DNA from: Trueperaceae bacterium
Lineage (GTDB): Bacteria > Deinococcota > Deinococci > Deinococcales > Trueperaceae
Reading direction: 5' to 3'
DNA length: 64,000 nucleotides
Assembly (NCBI GenBank): GCA_034520945.1
Contig: JAXHNB010000002.1
Span: forward strand, 320,001 to 384,000
Shown here: positions 10,644 through 22,689 of the stretch, one piece after another
Numbering within the stretch: position 1 is the first letter of the stretch
Layout: each line of letters opens with the position of its first letter
Position numbers and translations under genes: made by a program
Notes under the pieces: model-generated
What the model was told of the DNA's origin: nothing
What the model saw: only the letters and a program-made list of their open reading frames with translations
Databases searched by the model: none

Positions 10644-11271
10644 GGCGGCGCAACGCCCGTTGGTGGCGGCCCTCCCCAAGGGCCGCGTCCTGTCCGATGC
10701 CTTGGCGGCGTTGCGCGCGGCGGGCCTGGAGTTGGCGCTCGGCGACGCCTCCCGCCTGCTGCGGCACGAGGCGCCGGGCGGGACGGTGCTGCTGATGCGC
10801 AATGCCGACGTTCCGACCTACGTCGACCTCGGCGTGGCCGATCTCGGCGTCGTCGGCAAGGACGTGCTGCTGGAGTCCGGCAGTGCGGTGTACGAGCCGG
10901 TGGACCTCGGCTTCGCCGCCTGCCGCATGTCGTTGATCCGACCGGTCGGGGCGCGCGGGACGGTGCGGCGGATCGCCAGCAAGTACCCGCGCGTGACGGC
11001 GTCGTACCTGGCACGGGTCGGGAGTTCCGCGGAGGTCGTCGCCCTGAAGGGCAACGTCGAGCTGGCGTGCTTGACGGGGCTGGCCGATGCGGTGGTCGAT
11101 ATCGTCCAGACCGGTTCCACGCTGGAGGCCAACGACCTGGAGGAGGTGGACGTGCTGCTGCGGTCCAGCGCCCGCCTGGTCGTCAACCGCGCGGCCCTCA
11201 AGCTGCGCGCCGACGAGCTGAAGCCCCTCATCCGGCGATTGCGGGCCGCCGCGGACACCGCGGCCGGGTGA
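10636..11271 (+). CDS. hisG: ATP phosphoribosyltransferase, short form
   Basis: [53 protein letters not shown]; no C-terminal regulatory domain. Confidence 0.95.
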   Translation: MPEAAQRPLVAALPKGRVLSDALAALRAAGLELALGDASRLLRHEAPGGTVLLMRNADVPTYVDLGVADLGVVGKDVLLESGSAVYEPVDLGFAACRMSLIRPVGARGTVRRIASKYPRVTASYLARVGSSAEVVALKGNVELACLTGLADAVVDIVQTGSTLEANDLEEVDVLLRSSARLVVNRAALKLRADELKPLIRRLRAAADTAAG

Positions 11272-11310
11272 GCCGCGCGCTCCGCGCGCTGCGGCCGGAA
11301 CCGGGACCGC

Positions 11311-11799
11311 CTACGGCTCGTTCTCGGCCGGAGCGGGCATGGCGACCCGCGGGTAGGAGACCCGCGCCACCGGCGCGCCCGCCAAGCGCCGCAACAACAC
11401 CAACTGGCCCGTGTGCGTGAGGGCGTCCGCCAACGGCCCGCGCACCATCGCCTGCGGCTCCAGCCGCTCCGGGCGCACCTCTTCGTCGCGCAAGGCATGA
11501 TCGAGCCGGGCGATGCGGGCGTGCACGTGCGCTCGCACGGCGGTCCAGTCGCCGGCCGAGGGGTGTCCCTCAGGCGCTGGCGCGTCGTGCCCGAACGTGC
11601 CCAACGCCTTGTCCATCAGGTCGGCCACGTGCTGCAGCAGCTCGCGGGGCGTGCGCGCGCCCAGGGCGACGCGGTCGTCGGCGAAGCCGTCCGGCGCGTC
11701 GTCGCAGGCGTGACGGAGGCGGAAGTCGAGGCTCGCCAGCAGGGAACGCGCCACGGTGCGCCCATCGCCGAAGGAGGCATCGTTCGTCGGTCGGGTCAT
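11311..11799 (-). CDS. DinB/YfiT-like four-helix protein
   Basis: RTPRELLQHVADL and DALTHTGQLVLLRRLAG; TACCCT 6 nt before ATG. Confidence 0.75.
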   Translation of the reverse strand: MTRPTNDASFGDGRTVARSLLASLDFRLRHACDDAPDGFADDRVALGARTPRELLQHVADLMDKALGTFGHDAPAPEGHPSAGDWTAVRAHVHARIARLDHALRDEEVRPERLEPQAMVRGPLADALTHTGQLVLLRRLAGAPVARVSYPRVAMPAPAENEP

Positions 11800-11898
11800 G
11801 GTACGAGGGTAGCCGACGCGGACCGCCGCTGCGTGGGCGGTGCGTGCCTGAACCCCGACGCGCCCACGCGCGCCCGCCCTCACCCCTGTGGAGGTCTC

Positions 11899-11988
11899 AT
11901 GTTCGATCCCGTCCCTACCGTGTTTCGCCCCGCGCCCCGCGGGACCTCTTCCTGCGCTGGGATGCGCGGCCGGTGGCCGGCGCCGTGA
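11899..11988 (+). CDS. Putative 29-aa upstream peptide (MFDPVPTVFRPAPRGTSSCAGMRGRWPAP)
   Basis: GGAGGT just before ATG (short spacing); its TGA overlaps the peptidase GTG (GTGA). Confidence 0.4.
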   Translation: MFDPVPTVFRPAPRGTSSCAGMRGRWPAP

Positions 11989-13172
11989 CGCGCGACGCGA
12001 TCGCGACCGCCCAGGCGGAGCTCGAGCGCGAAGGCCTGGCCGCGTGGCTGGTCTTCGACTTCCGCGGCAGCAATCGGTTCGCGGCGCGCTTCCTGCCCGC
12101 GGGCGCGCTGCTGAGTCGGCGCGTGTTCCTGCTGATCCCCCGCGAGGGGCGCCCCGTCATGCTGGCAGGCGCGCTGGAGACCGGCTCGCTGCGGATGCCG
12201 GAGGCCGAGATCCGGGGCTACGCCAGCCGCGACTCGTTGGTGGAGGCGTTGCGCGCGTTGCTGCCGGACGGGCCGGTGGCGATGGAGGTGTCGCCGAACG
12301 GCGACGTGCCCTACGTGTCCGTCGTCGATGCGGGCACGGTCGACCTGTTGCGGGGACTGGGGGCCGAGATCGTGTCCTCGGCCGAGCTGCTGCAGGGCTT
12401 CGCGACGTGGGACGAGGCGCAGGTGCGCGCGCACCGCGAGGCGGCGCGCGGCACCATGGAGGTGTTGGACGAGGCGTGGGATGCGCTTCGCAGCCGCGCC
12501 CGGGAGGGACGCGAGGTGCGCGAGTCCGAGATTCAGGGCGTGGTCGCGGCGGGGTTCGACGCCCGCGGCCTCGTGTACGACCACAAGGCCATCGTGGGAT
12601 TCGGCCCCAACGCCGGGAACCCGCACTACCTGCCCGTAGCGGGTCAGGATCGCGCACTGACACCGGGCGACGCGATCCTCGTCGACCTGTTCGCGCGCCT
12701 CCCGGCCGAGGGCGCGCCGTACGCCGACGTCACCTGGATGGGGACGTACGGACCGGCGAGCGACGCCTTCGAGCACGCGTTTCGTGCCGTGGCCGAGGCG
12801 CGGGACGTGGGCGTGCGCACGTTGCGTGAGGCGCACGCCGCCGGCCGACGGTTGCAGGGGCGCGAGGTGGACCGGGCGGTGCGGGACCACCTGAGCGCCT
12901 CGGGGTACGCAGACGCGTTCGTGCACCGCACCGGCCATTCGCTCGGGTCGCGTCACACGCACGGCGACGCGGCCCACTTCGACGACTTCGAGACGCGCGA
13001 CACGCGCACGGTGCGGCCGGGGATGGGGTTCACCATCGAGCCGGGGGTGTACCTGCCCGACTTCGGGGTGCGAAGCGAGCTGGACGTGTTGCTGCGGGAC
13101 GACGGCCTGGAGGTGACGACCGGCGTGCAGGCCGAGCCGGTGCGCGTGCCGCTCGGTCCGCGACACCGCTGA
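11985..13172 (+). CDS. M24 family (Xaa-Pro) aminopeptidase
   Basis: NAGNPHY, ILVDL, YADVTW, HRTGHSLG, FTIEPGVY, GVRSE metal-ligand motifs; start uncertain. Confidence 0.9.
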   Translation: MTRDAIATAQAELEREGLAAWLVFDFRGSNRFAARFLPAGALLSRRVFLLIPREGRPVMLAGALETGSLRMPEAEIRGYASRDSLVEALRALLPDGPVAMEVSPNGDVPYVSVVDAGTVDLLRGLGAEIVSSAELLQGFATWDEAQVRAHREAARGTMEVLDEAWDALRSRAREGREVRESEIQGVVAAGFDARGLVYDHKAIVGFGPNAGNPHYLPVAGQDRALTPGDAILVDLFARLPAEGAPYADVTWMGTYGPASDAFEHAFRAVAEARDVGVRTLREAHAAGRRLQGREVDRAVRDHLSASGYADAFVHRTGHSLGSRHTHGDAAHFDDFETRDTRTVRPGMGFTIEPGVYLPDFGVRSELDVLLRDDGLEVTTGVQAEPVRVPLGPRHR

Positions 13173-13228
13173 GCCCTGGAGGCCCGCGGCGCGAAGGGAC
13201 GGGCCGCGCGGGGTGCTAGCGTGCCGTC

Positions 13229-14230
13229 ATGAGCACGCCCCTGTGGGTCGTCGGCGACTACGCGTGGGACGTCCTGATCCGGACCAACCGGCCCCTCATG
13301 GCGGGCGGCGACACCTACGGCGAGGTCGGCCTCGCCCCGGGCGGATCGGCGGCCAACAGCGCGGTGTGGGCGCGGCGCTGCGGGCTGCCGACGACGTTCG
13401 TCGGCAAGGTGGGTCGTGACCGCCTGGGGGACCTCGCCGAAGAGGAGCTGGAGGCGGAGGACGTAGGCGCATGGCTGGTGCGCAGCGAGGCACAGGCCAC
13501 CGGTTCGGTGGCGGTGTGGATCGACCACGAAGGGCAGCGCTCGATGGTGTCCGGCAAGGGCGCCGACCATCACCTCCTCCCCTCCGAACTGCCGCGCGAG
13601 GCACTGGCCGGGGCGCGGCACCTGCACCTGTCCGCCTGGTCGTTCTTCGCCGACCCGCCGCGCGCCGCGGCGCGCGAGGCGGCCCGCATCGCCAAGGCGG
13701 CCGGCGCGACGCTTTCGTTCGACCCCGGAAGCTTCCAACTGATCGGGTCGACGGGCGTGGACCGATTCCTGCGCTTCACCAACGACTTGGGGATCGACCT
13801 GTTGTTCCCGAACGTGGAGGAGGGGCGCGTGCTGAGCGGCGAGACCGATCCCGAGCGCATGGTGGCCGTCCTGGCCGAGCGCTACCCGGGGGCGCGCATC
13901 GTGTTGAAGCTGGACGCGCAGGGCGCCCTGGTGCAGGACGACCAGGGGCGCCCCGCACGCGTGCCACCGACGCAGAGCGTCGTGCTGGACGCGACCGGTG
14001 CGGGGGACGCCTTCGCGGGTGCGTTCCTGGCCCGCTGGTCGGCGGGCGAGGACGCCGTGGAGGCGGCCCGCTTCGCCAGTGGCGTGGCCGCCTGGGTGAT
14101 CGAGCACCTGGGCGCGCGGCCGCATCCGGACGCCCGCCTGAGGGAACGCATGGCGCTGGCGCACGGGACGGGTGCGGGCGCCGCGGCCGAGGACGATCCG
14201 GCTCCGCCCGCGGACGAGGCGAAGGGGTGA
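13229..14230 (+). CDS. PfkB family carbohydrate kinase
   Basis: GGSAANSAVW, GKVGRD, FPNVEE, DATGAGDAFAG; TAGCGT 6 nt before ATG. Confidence 0.92.
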   Translation: MSTPLWVVGDYAWDVLIRTNRPLMAGGDTYGEVGLAPGGSAANSAVWARRCGLPTTFVGKVGRDRLGDLAEEELEAEDVGAWLVRSEAQATGSVAVWIDHEGQRSMVSGKGADHHLLPSELPREALAGARHLHLSAWSFFADPPRAAAREAARIAKAAGATLSFDPGSFQLIGSTGVDRFLRFTNDLGIDLLFPNVEEGRVLSGETDPERMVAVLAERYPGARIVLKLDAQGALVQDDQGRPARVPPTQSVVLDATGAGDAFAGAFLARWSAGEDAVEAARFASGVAAWVIEHLGARPHPDARLRERMALAHGTGAGAAAEDDPAPPADEAKG

Positions 14231-14270
14231 GGGCGCACCGTTCCCGCCCTGCGGCGCGCCGGCGGTCGCG

Positions 14271-15484
<1,214 letters not shown>

Positions 15485-15488
<4 letters not shown>

Positions 15489-16165
15489 GAGGGTTCCCTC
15501 CCGTCCGCCACGGTCAGGTCGGTCGGGTCCGCAGCGGCCGCCTCCGTGTCCGCCAACGCCGCGGCGCGGGCCGCATAGCGCGCCATCACGTCGGCTTCGA
15601 GGTTGAGGTGCGATCCCGGCCCGAGCTCGCCGAGGGTGGTGACGTCGCGCGTATGCGGGATGATCCAGAGCGTGAACGTGCGCGCGTCCAGGTCCGGCCG
15701 CGTCCCGCCGGGACCGCCCACGTCCACGACGGTCATGCTGACCCCGTCGGCGGTGATGCTCCCCTTCGGCACCAGCCACCGCGCCATGCCGGCCGGGGCG
15801 CGGATGGTCAGCACCGTGGCGCCCTCCATGCGCCGGTGGTCGGTGACCTCGCCGACGCCCTCGACGTGGCCCGAGACGACGTGCCCGCCGAAGCGGCCGT
15901 GGGCCGGCATGGCCCGCTCGAGGTTGACGCGCGCCCCCTGGTGCCAGCGTGGCGCGGTGGCGCGCACGGACTCGTCGGTGAGTTCGGTCTCGAACGCGTC
16001 GGGTCCGACCGCGATCGCCGTCAGGCAGCATCCCGACACCGAGACCGAGTCGCCCACGCTCAGATCCTGCAGCACCCGGTCGGCGCCGATGCGGATCCGC
16101 AGCACGCCCCCGGTCCGTTCGGCCGCCACCACGCGACCGGTCTCTTCCACGATGCCTGTGAACAT
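15485..16165 (-). CDS. ribE: Riboflavin synthase (alpha chain)
   Basis: MFTGIVEE N-terminus, GCCLT, VNLERA, GGHVVSGHV, KGSITADGVSMT, IIPHT. Confidence 0.95.
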
Positions 16166-17400
16166 CAGCGCTTCCTTCCGGTTGGGGCGATGTCTGTGGC
16201 GTCCTCCGCCAGGGCGACGGGGCGGCCCGCCTGCGGGGCCGTGCGTGCGGCGGCGTCGGCCGAGCGCGCCGCGCGTGGGGCGACGCGCCCCGTCAGCAGC
16301 AGATCCTCGCCCGAGGTCTCGGTCCGTAGCGCGTCCAGCTGGAACGCGTCGGTCATGGTGGCGACGCCCGGCCCCCCCAAGGGGCTGGCGCCGGTCCCGC
16401 CCAGCAGCTTGGGGGCCACGAACCACGCCACCCGGTCGACCGCGTCCGCTTCGAAGAACGACCATGCCAGCGTGCCGCCGCCCTCGAGCAGGACGCTGCG
16501 CACCTCGCGTTCGTGCAGGGCCGCCAGCGCGTGCGACACCGACGCGTGGCCGCCCGCGAGGGGCACCGCGACGACGTCCGCGCCAGCGTCCCGGAGCGCC
16601 GTGCGGCGCGCGTCGGGAACGCCTGAGCCGACCACGATCAGGACCCGCGCGGCGGTGCCGTGCTCGTCGGGCGCGAACAGGGCGGCGTCCGGCGGCGTGC
16701 GGGCGTGGGTGTCGAACACCACCTTGCGCGGCGAGCGCCCGCCCGGCACGCGCGCGGTGAGGCGCGGGTCGTCGGCGAGGACGGTGCGGACGCCCACCGC
16801 GACGGCGTCCAGCTCGTGGCGCCAGCGTTGGACGCGCGCCCGCGAGGGTGGGCTGGTGATCCAGCGGGCGTCGCCGTTCGTCGTGGCGATCTTGCCGTCC
16901 AGCGTCATGGCGGTCTTGTAGAGCACGAAGGGGCGACCCTGCGTCACCGAGGTGAGGAACGCCTCGTTCTGCGCTTCGGCTTCGCCCTGCAGGACGCCTT
17001 CGATCACCTCGACCCCGGCCGCCCGGAGGCGCGTTGTCCCGGCCCCGTCGACGCGGGGGTCGGGATCGCGGGCCGCGATCACCACCCGGGCGACGCCCGC
17101 CTGGATGAGGGCCTCGCTGCAGGGCGGGGTGCGGCCGTGGTGCGTGCACGGCTCCAGCGTGACGTACGCCGTGGCGCCCCGTGCGGCGGGGCCGGCGGCG
17201 CGCAGGGCCAGCACTTCGGCGTGTTCCTGCCCGGCCTCGGCGTGCCAGCCCTCGCCGATCACCTCGTCCTCGTCGTCTCGGACGAGGACGCAGCCCACCA
17301 TGGGGTTCGGCGACACGGTGGCGCGGCCGTGCTCGGCCAGGGCGAGGGCGCGGGCCATGTGGCGTTCGTGGCGGGACGGCTCTGGCGGGCGCCCGCTCAC
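16165..17400 (-). CDS. ribD: Riboflavin biosynthesis deaminase/reductase
   Basis: PNPMVGCVLV, HAE, TLEPCTHHGRTPPC, TLDGKIA, SVLLEGG. Confidence 0.96.
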   Translation of the reverse strand: MSGRPPEPSRHERHMARALALAEHGRATVSPNPMVGCVLVRDDEDEVIGEGWHAEAGQEHAEVLALRAAGPAARGATAYVTLEPCTHHGRTPPCSEALIQAGVARVVIAARDPDPRVDGAGTTRLRAAGVEVIEGVLQGEAEAQNEAFLTSVTQGRPFVLYKTAMTLDGKIATTNGDARWITSPPSRARVQRWRHELDAVAVGVRTVLADDPRLTARVPGGRSPRKVVFDTHARTPPDAALFAPDEHGTAARVLIVVGSGVPDARRTALRDAGADVVAVPLAGGHASVSHALAALHEREVRSVLLEGGGTLAWSFFEADAVDRVAWFVAPKLLGGTGASPLGGPGVATMTDAFQLDALRTETSGEDLLLTGRVAPRAARSADAAARTAPQAGRPVALAEDATDIAPTGRKR

Positions 17401-17470
17401 GCGACGTGCTCCGGATGTCGAATCGAATGCTGCATACGGCCGCGGACGCGAAACCTCGCGCCGCTCACCC

Positions 17471-17602
17471 TCCTTCTCCCATCCGGACTGTCACCGTCGG
17501 TGCCGGTCTTGCACCGGCTCGGGCCTTTCGGCTTCGCGGACTCGCCCCGGAATGTCGCCGGGAACTCACCGCCGGTCGGGAATTGCACCCTGCCCTGAAG
17601 GA
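17471..17602 (-). ncRNA. FMN riboswitch (RFN element)
   Basis: Minus strand TCCTTCAGGGCAGGGTGCAATTCCCGACCGGCGGT...AGTCCGCGA...CCGGTGCAAGACCGGCACCGACGGTGACAGTCCGGATGGGAGAAGGA upstream of ribD; TATACT -10 at 17638-17643. Confidence 0.96.
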
Positions 17603-17718
17603 TTCCGAACTGTCGCCCGCCACGCGAGCGTGGCCAAAGTATAGGGCACGCGGCGGACGCGGTGCGTCGGCCATGCGGCGCGGTGACGTGCGCCGCCCAG
17701 GGTGGCATGATGGCGCGC

Positions 17719-18948
17719 ATGCCCGACGCCGAGCGACTGGACCGCTACGCCGACCTCGCCCTCCACGTGGGCGTGAACGTGCGCGAGGGACAGCGCCTCG
17801 TGCTTCGCAGCCCCATCGAGGCCGCCCCGCTGGCGCGCCGCATCGCGGCGGCCGCCTACCGCGCCGGCGTACCGTACGTGGACGTCCAGTGGAGCGACGA
17901 TGCGGTCACGCACGCGCGGTTTCACTACGCGCCGGACGGCACGTTCGAGGAGCTCCCCCTGGGGCGCGCAGACGCCTTGGCCCGCGCGGCCGAGCGGGGG
18001 GACGCGTTCGTGACCTTGGACGCCCGCGATCCGGACCTGCTGGCCGACGTCGATCCCGCGCGCGTGGCTTTGGTCGAGGCAGCCGCGCAGCGCGCCCAAC
18101 GGCCGTTCACCCGCCTCCTGATGGCCGACGCCGTGCCGTGGACCATCCTCGCGGTGCCCACGTCGGCGTGGGCCAGGAAGGTGTTTCCCGAGCGGACCGA
18201 GGCGGAGGGGCTCGCGGCGCTGTGGCGCGCCGTGTTCACGGCGACACGCGTGGACGAGGACGACCCGGTGGCCGCGTGGCAGCGGCACGTGGAGGTGCTG
18301 GCGCGCCGCGCTGCCGGCTTGAACGCGTCCCGGTTCGCCGCGCTGCGATTCCGCGGCCCCGGCACCGATCTTCGCGTCGGCTTGGCCGACGGGCACGCGT
18401 GGCAGGGTGGGGCGACCCGAACGCCGAGTGGACAGGTGTTCGTACCGAACCTCCCGACCGAGGAGGTGTTCACGGCCCCGCACCGCGCCGCCGTGTGCGG
18501 CACGGTGCGTGCCAGCATGCCGCTTGCCTACGCGGGCCGGGTGATCGAGGACTTCGGCCTGACGTTCGAGGCGGGACGGGTGGTGTCGGCCCACGCGCAA
18601 AAGGGCGAGGACGTTCTGATGCGCCTGTTGGATACGGACGAGGGGGCACGCCGCCTGGGCGAGGTGGCGCTGGTGCCCAGCGGCGGACCCGTTCAGCAGG
18701 CGGGCGTGCTGTTCTACAAGACGCTGTTCGATGAGAACGCAGCCATCCACCTGGCGCTGGGCCAGGGCTACCGCTTCACGCTGCGAGGCGGTACGCAGCT
18801 GGACGACGGCGACGCCCGCGCCCACGGGCTGAACGAAAGCCTGGCGCACGTGGACTTCATGATCGGCCACGGCGACATGGACGTGCTCGGCGTCGACGAC
18901 GCCGGCGGCGAACATGCGGTGATGCGGGCCGGCCGGTTCGTGTCGTAG
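17719..18948 (+). CDS. M29 family aminopeptidase (AmpS/AmpT/PepS)
   Basis: [57 protein letters not shown]. Confidence 0.93.
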   Translation: MPDAERLDRYADLALHVGVNVREGQRLVLRSPIEAAPLARRIAAAAYRAGVPYVDVQWSDDAVTHARFHYAPDGTFEELPLGRADALARAAERGDAFVTLDARDPDLLADVDPARVALVEAAAQRAQRPFTRLLMADAVPWTILAVPTSAWARKVFPERTEAEGLAALWRAVFTATRVDEDDPVAAWQRHVEVLARRAAGLNASRFAALRFRGPGTDLRVGLADGHAWQGGATRTPSGQVFVPNLPTEEVFTAPHRAAVCGTVRASMPLAYAGRVIEDFGLTFEAGRVVSAHAQKGEDVLMRLLDTDEGARRLGEVALVPSGGPVQQAGVLFYKTLFDENAAIHLALGQGYRFTLRGGTQLDDGDARAHGLNESLAHVDFMIGHGDMDVLGVDDAGGEHAVMRAGRFVS

Positions 18949-19036
18949 GGCGCGTGCCGGGCCGCGGGCGGACGCGGCCCGAAGCTGCTGGGCCGTGGCG
19001 CATCGGCGCGCCAGGTGCCGCTGGTATCCTCATTTC

Positions 19037-21295
19037 ATGACGCGAACGACGGGGTCCGGACCGGCAGGCGCACCGTCCGGCGTGCCCTCCGGCCCGCGCG
19101 CCCGGGCGCGCGAGGTGCTTCGGCGCGTGTGGGGCTACCACGACTTCCGCGGGGCCCAGGGTGACGTGATCGAGCACGTCGCGGACGGCGGGGACGCGCT
19201 GGTGCTCATGCCGACCGGCGGCGGCAAGTCGTTGTGCTACCAGGTGCCCGCCCTGTTGCGCGACGGCGTGGCCGTGGTGGTGTCGCCCTTGATCGCGTTG
19301 ATGCAGGATCAGGTCGGGGCGCTGCGTCAGAACGGCGTCCGCGCGGCGTTCCTGAACTCCAGCCTCGATCCCTCGGCGCAGCGGGAGGTCGAGGCCGACC
19401 TGGACGCGGGTCGCCTCGACCTGGTGTACGTGGCGCCGGAGCGGGTGCTTCGCGAATCGTTCCTCGCCCGCCTCGAGCGGGTCCCCGTGTCGTTGTTCGC
19501 CATCGACGAGGCGCACTGCGTGTCGCAGTGGGGGCACGATTTCCGGCCGGAGTACACCCGGCTCGACGTGCTGGCGCAGCGGTTTCCCGGCGTGCCGCGC
19601 ATCGCGCTGACCGCGACCGCGGACGCGGTCACGCGGCGCGAGATGAGCGAGAAGCTCCGCCTGGAGGACGCGCGCCGCTTCGTGTCGAGCTTCGACCGGC
19701 CGAACGTGCGCTACACGGTGGTGGACAAGCTCGACGCCCGCCGGCAGTTCCTGCGCTTCTACCAGGCGCGTCACCGCGGTGAGGCGGGCATCGTGTACTG
19801 CCTGTCGCGCAAGGCGGTCGAGCGGACCGCCACCTGGCTGGCCGGCCAGGGCATCGACGCGATTCCCTACCACGCGGGCCTGGACGCCGAGGTGCGCCGC
19901 GCGCATCAGCACCGCTTCCTGTACGAGGACGGGGTGGTGGTGGTCGCCACCATCGCCTTCGGCATGGGGATCGACAAGCCCGACGTGCGCTTCGTGGCGC
20001 ACCTCGACATGCCGAAGAGCCTGGAGGGGTACTACCAGGAGACCGGCCGCGCCGGCCGCGACGACCGCCCGGCGGACGCGTTCATGACGTACGGTCTGCA
20101 GGACGTGGTGCAGATTCGCCGCCTGTTGGCCATGGGCGAGGGCAGCGAGGCGCACAAGCGCGTCGAACGGCAACGGCTCGAGGCGCTGCTCGGCTTCTGC
20201 GAAACGCCCGGCTGCCGCCGGCAGGCGTTGCTCGCCTACTTCGGCGAACGTCGGGACACACCGTGCGGGAACTGCGACACCTGCCTGGAGCCGGTCACGA
20301 CGTTCGACGGCACCGTGTCCGCGCAGAAGCTGCTCTCCACCGTGGTGCGCACCGGCCAACGGTTCGGGGCGGGGCACCTCACCGACGTGCTCCTAGGGAA
20401 GCGAACGCCTCGCGTGACGCGCCTTCGTCACGATCAGGTGTCCACGTTCGCCGTCGGGCGCGAGCTGTCCGAGCGGGCCTGGCGTTCGGTGACGCGGCAG
20501 CTCGTCGCCCGTGGGCACCTGGTGACCGATGCGGACGGTCACGGCTCGCTGCGACTCGGCCCCTCGGCCGCGGCGGTCCTGCGCGGCGAGACCCGGGTCG
20601 AGCTGCGCGAGGACCGGGCCCCGGCCGCGGCCAGCGCAGGCGCCTCCGCGCCGCGACGCAGCGCAGAAGCGTTGCCGGGCGAGGTGCGTGCACGCTTCGA
20701 GACGTTGCGTGAGCTGCGCGGTCGCCTGGCGAAGGACCTCGGGGTACCGCCGTACGTGGTGTTTCACGACGCCACGCTGCGGGAGATGGCCGAACGGGTG
20801 CCCACCGACGAGGCCACCCTGGCGAGCGTGCAGGGCGTGGGCGCCACCAAGCTGGAGCGCTACGGCGAGGCCTTCCTGGCGGCGCTGCGCCCCATGGCGG
20901 CGCGGGACGGGACGGCGCCCGCGACAAGACCGCCGGAAGATCGCCCGGCGCCCGCCGACGCGGGGCCCCCGAACGGCGCCGGCGGCGCGGAGCTGGACAC
21001 GGTCGAGCGGACCCGCAGCCTGATCCTGGCGGGACGCACCATCGAGGCGGTCGCCTCCGAACGCGGCCTGAAGCGCCGCACCGTCGAGTCGCACCTCGCG
21101 GAACTGGTGCGGCGCGGGGACCTCACCGTCCAGGAGGCGACCGGCCTGAGTGAGGCGGCGATCGACGAGATCGAGGCGGCCCTGGACGCGCTGCCGCCGG
21201 AGGAACACGGGCGGCTGCGTCCCCTCCGCGACGCGCTGGGCGGGCGCTACCCCTACGCGGTGCTGACGTGCGTCCGGGCCGGCCGCGCCGAGTGA
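19037..21295 (+). CDS. recQ: DNA helicase RecQ (one HRDC plus C-terminal HTH domain)
   Basis: [47 protein letters not shown]...[29 protein letters not shown] 6 nt before ATG. Confidence 0.96.
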   Translation: MTRTTGSGPAGAPSGVPSGPRARAREVLRRVWGYHDFRGAQGDVIEHVADGGDALVLMPTGGGKSLCYQVPALLRDGVAVVVSPLIALMQDQVGALRQNGVRAAFLNSSLDPSAQREVEADLDAGRLDLVYVAPERVLRESFLARLERVPVSLFAIDEAHCVSQWGHDFRPEYTRLDVLAQRFPGVPRIALTATADAVTRREMSEKLRLEDARRFVSSFDRPNVRYTVVDKLDARRQFLRFYQARHRGEAGIVYCLSRKAVERTATWLAGQGIDAIPYHAGLDAEVRRAHQHRFLYEDGVVVVATIAFGMGIDKPDVRFVAHLDMPKSLEGYYQETGRAGRDDRPADAFMTYGLQDVVQIRRLLAMGEGSEAHKRVERQRLEALLGFCETPGCRRQALLAYFGERRDTPCGNCDTCLEPVTTFDGTVSAQKLLSTVVRTGQRFGAGHLTDVLLGKRTPRVTRLRHDQVSTFAVGRELSERAWRSVTRQLVARGHLVTDADGHGSLRLGPSAAAVLRGETRVELREDRAPAAASAGASAPRRSAEALPGEVRARFETLRELRGRLAKDLGVPPYVVFHDATLREMAERVPTDEATLASVQGVGATKLERYGEAFLAALRPMAARDGTAPATRPPEDRPAPADAGPPNGAGGAELDTVERTRSLILAGRTIEAVASERGLKRRTVESHLAELVRRGDLTVQEATGLSEAAIDEIEAALDALPPEEHGRLRPLRDALGGRYPYAVLTCVRAGRAE

Positions 21296-21384
21296 GCTTC
21301 GTTGACGGAAGGCCCCGCCAGGCGGTAGCCTCGCGCATCCGCAATCGACGGCCCGTTCGTGCTCTTCGTGCCAAGGAGATGCTC

Positions 21385-22617
21385 ATGCGCAGATTCGTGA
21401 TCTCGATCGTCCTTCTCGTCCTGTTCGCGGCCACGGCGCAGGCGCAGCCGTTGCGCGTCGGCCTGTTGCTGCCCTTCACCGGCGAGTACGACTGGGTCGG
21501 CGCCAACGTCCAGCCCGTCGCCCAGATGATCGTGGACGAGGTCAACGACCTGGGCGGCATCGACGGGCGCGAGATCGTCCTCACGCAGGGCGACACCGAA
21601 GGCACCGTCGACGCCGGGTTCACGGCCGCCCAGAAGTTGGTCAACGCCGACGGCGTGCTGGCGCTGATCGGCCCCACCTCGCTCAGCTTCTCGGGCGGTC
21701 GTCAGGTGATCCTCGACAACGGCGTGCCGGTGGTGACCCCGACCGCCGGGACGACCGAGCTGGACCGAGCGGACACCCGCTACCTTCACCGCACCGTGCC
21801 CTCCGACGCGCTGGGCGGCCGCGCCATCGCGCGGGCCGCCACCGACGCGACCTACCTGGCGGGCGAAGGCGCCTACGAGCGCCCCTTCCTGATGGTGGGG
21901 CAGGCGCCGGCCCTGATCTCGTTCCAGGAGCCGATCACGCGTGGGTTCGAGGCGTACGGCACCGAAATCGCCGGCGACCTGCGCTACCAGACCGGCAAGC
22001 CCAGCTACCGCAGCGAAGTGCAGGAGGCGGTCCGGGCGGACCCCGACCTGATCGTGCTGATCGGGAGCCCCGAGGACTCCGCCCGCATCATGGAGGCGGC
22101 GTTCCAGGCGGGCTACCAGGGGGACTGGTTCGTGACGCAGGACCAGACCACGCCCGAGTTCGTCGATCTGATCGGACCGGAGCTGGCCGAAGGGATCTAC
22201 GGGCTCGAAGAGGTCGCCGCCGAGGAGAGCGCCGAGCGCAACGAGGCGTTCCAGGAACGCTACCGGGCGTACTCCGGCAACGAGGTCCAGATCTTCGGCA
22301 CCAACACCTACGACGCCATGAACATCGCCGCGTTGGCGATGCTTCGTGCGCACCTCGCGGACGGCGAGATCAGCCGCGAGACCATCGCGGACAACGTTTC
22401 GGTGGTCGCCAACGAGGCCGACGGCGACGTGGCCGTCACCAGCTACACGGAGGGGGCCGAGGCGCTCGAAGCCGGGCAGGAAATCGACTACCGCGGCCTG
22501 GTGGGGGCGCTGGAGTTCGACGAGTGGGGCAACATCCGCGCGCCGTTCGGCATCCGCCAGGTGCAGGACGGGTCTTGGGCGGCCGTGTCGACCGTGCCCG
22601 CGGACGCGCTGGACTAG
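21385..22617 (+). CDS. ABC transporter substrate-binding protein, HAAT (LivK-like) family
   Basis: Signal peptide ...ATAQAQ; VGLLLPFTG, VNDLGGIDG, RTVPSD, YDA; AAGGAG RBS. Confidence 0.88.
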   Translation: MRRFVISIVLLVLFAATAQAQPLRVGLLLPFTGEYDWVGANVQPVAQMIVDEVNDLGGIDGREIVLTQGDTEGTVDAGFTAAQKLVNADGVLALIGPTSLSFSGGRQVILDNGVPVVTPTAGTTELDRADTRYLHRTVPSDALGGRAIARAATDATYLAGEGAYERPFLMVGQAPALISFQEPITRGFEAYGTEIAGDLRYQTGKPSYRSEVQEAVRADPDLIVLIGSPEDSARIMEAAFQAGYQGDWFVTQDQTTPEFVDLIGPELAEGIYGLEEVAAEESAERNEAFQERYRAYSGNEVQIFGTNTYDAMNIAALAMLRAHLADGEISRETIADNVSVVANEADGDVAVTSYTEGAEALEAGQEIDYRGLVGALEFDEWGNIRAPFGIRQVQDGSWAAVSTVPADALD

Positions 22618-22689
22618 CCGCCGGCGACCGCTGAGCGTTCGGGCGTCCCGCGCGCGGCGGGGCGCCCGTTCGCACGCCGCCCACCCGTA

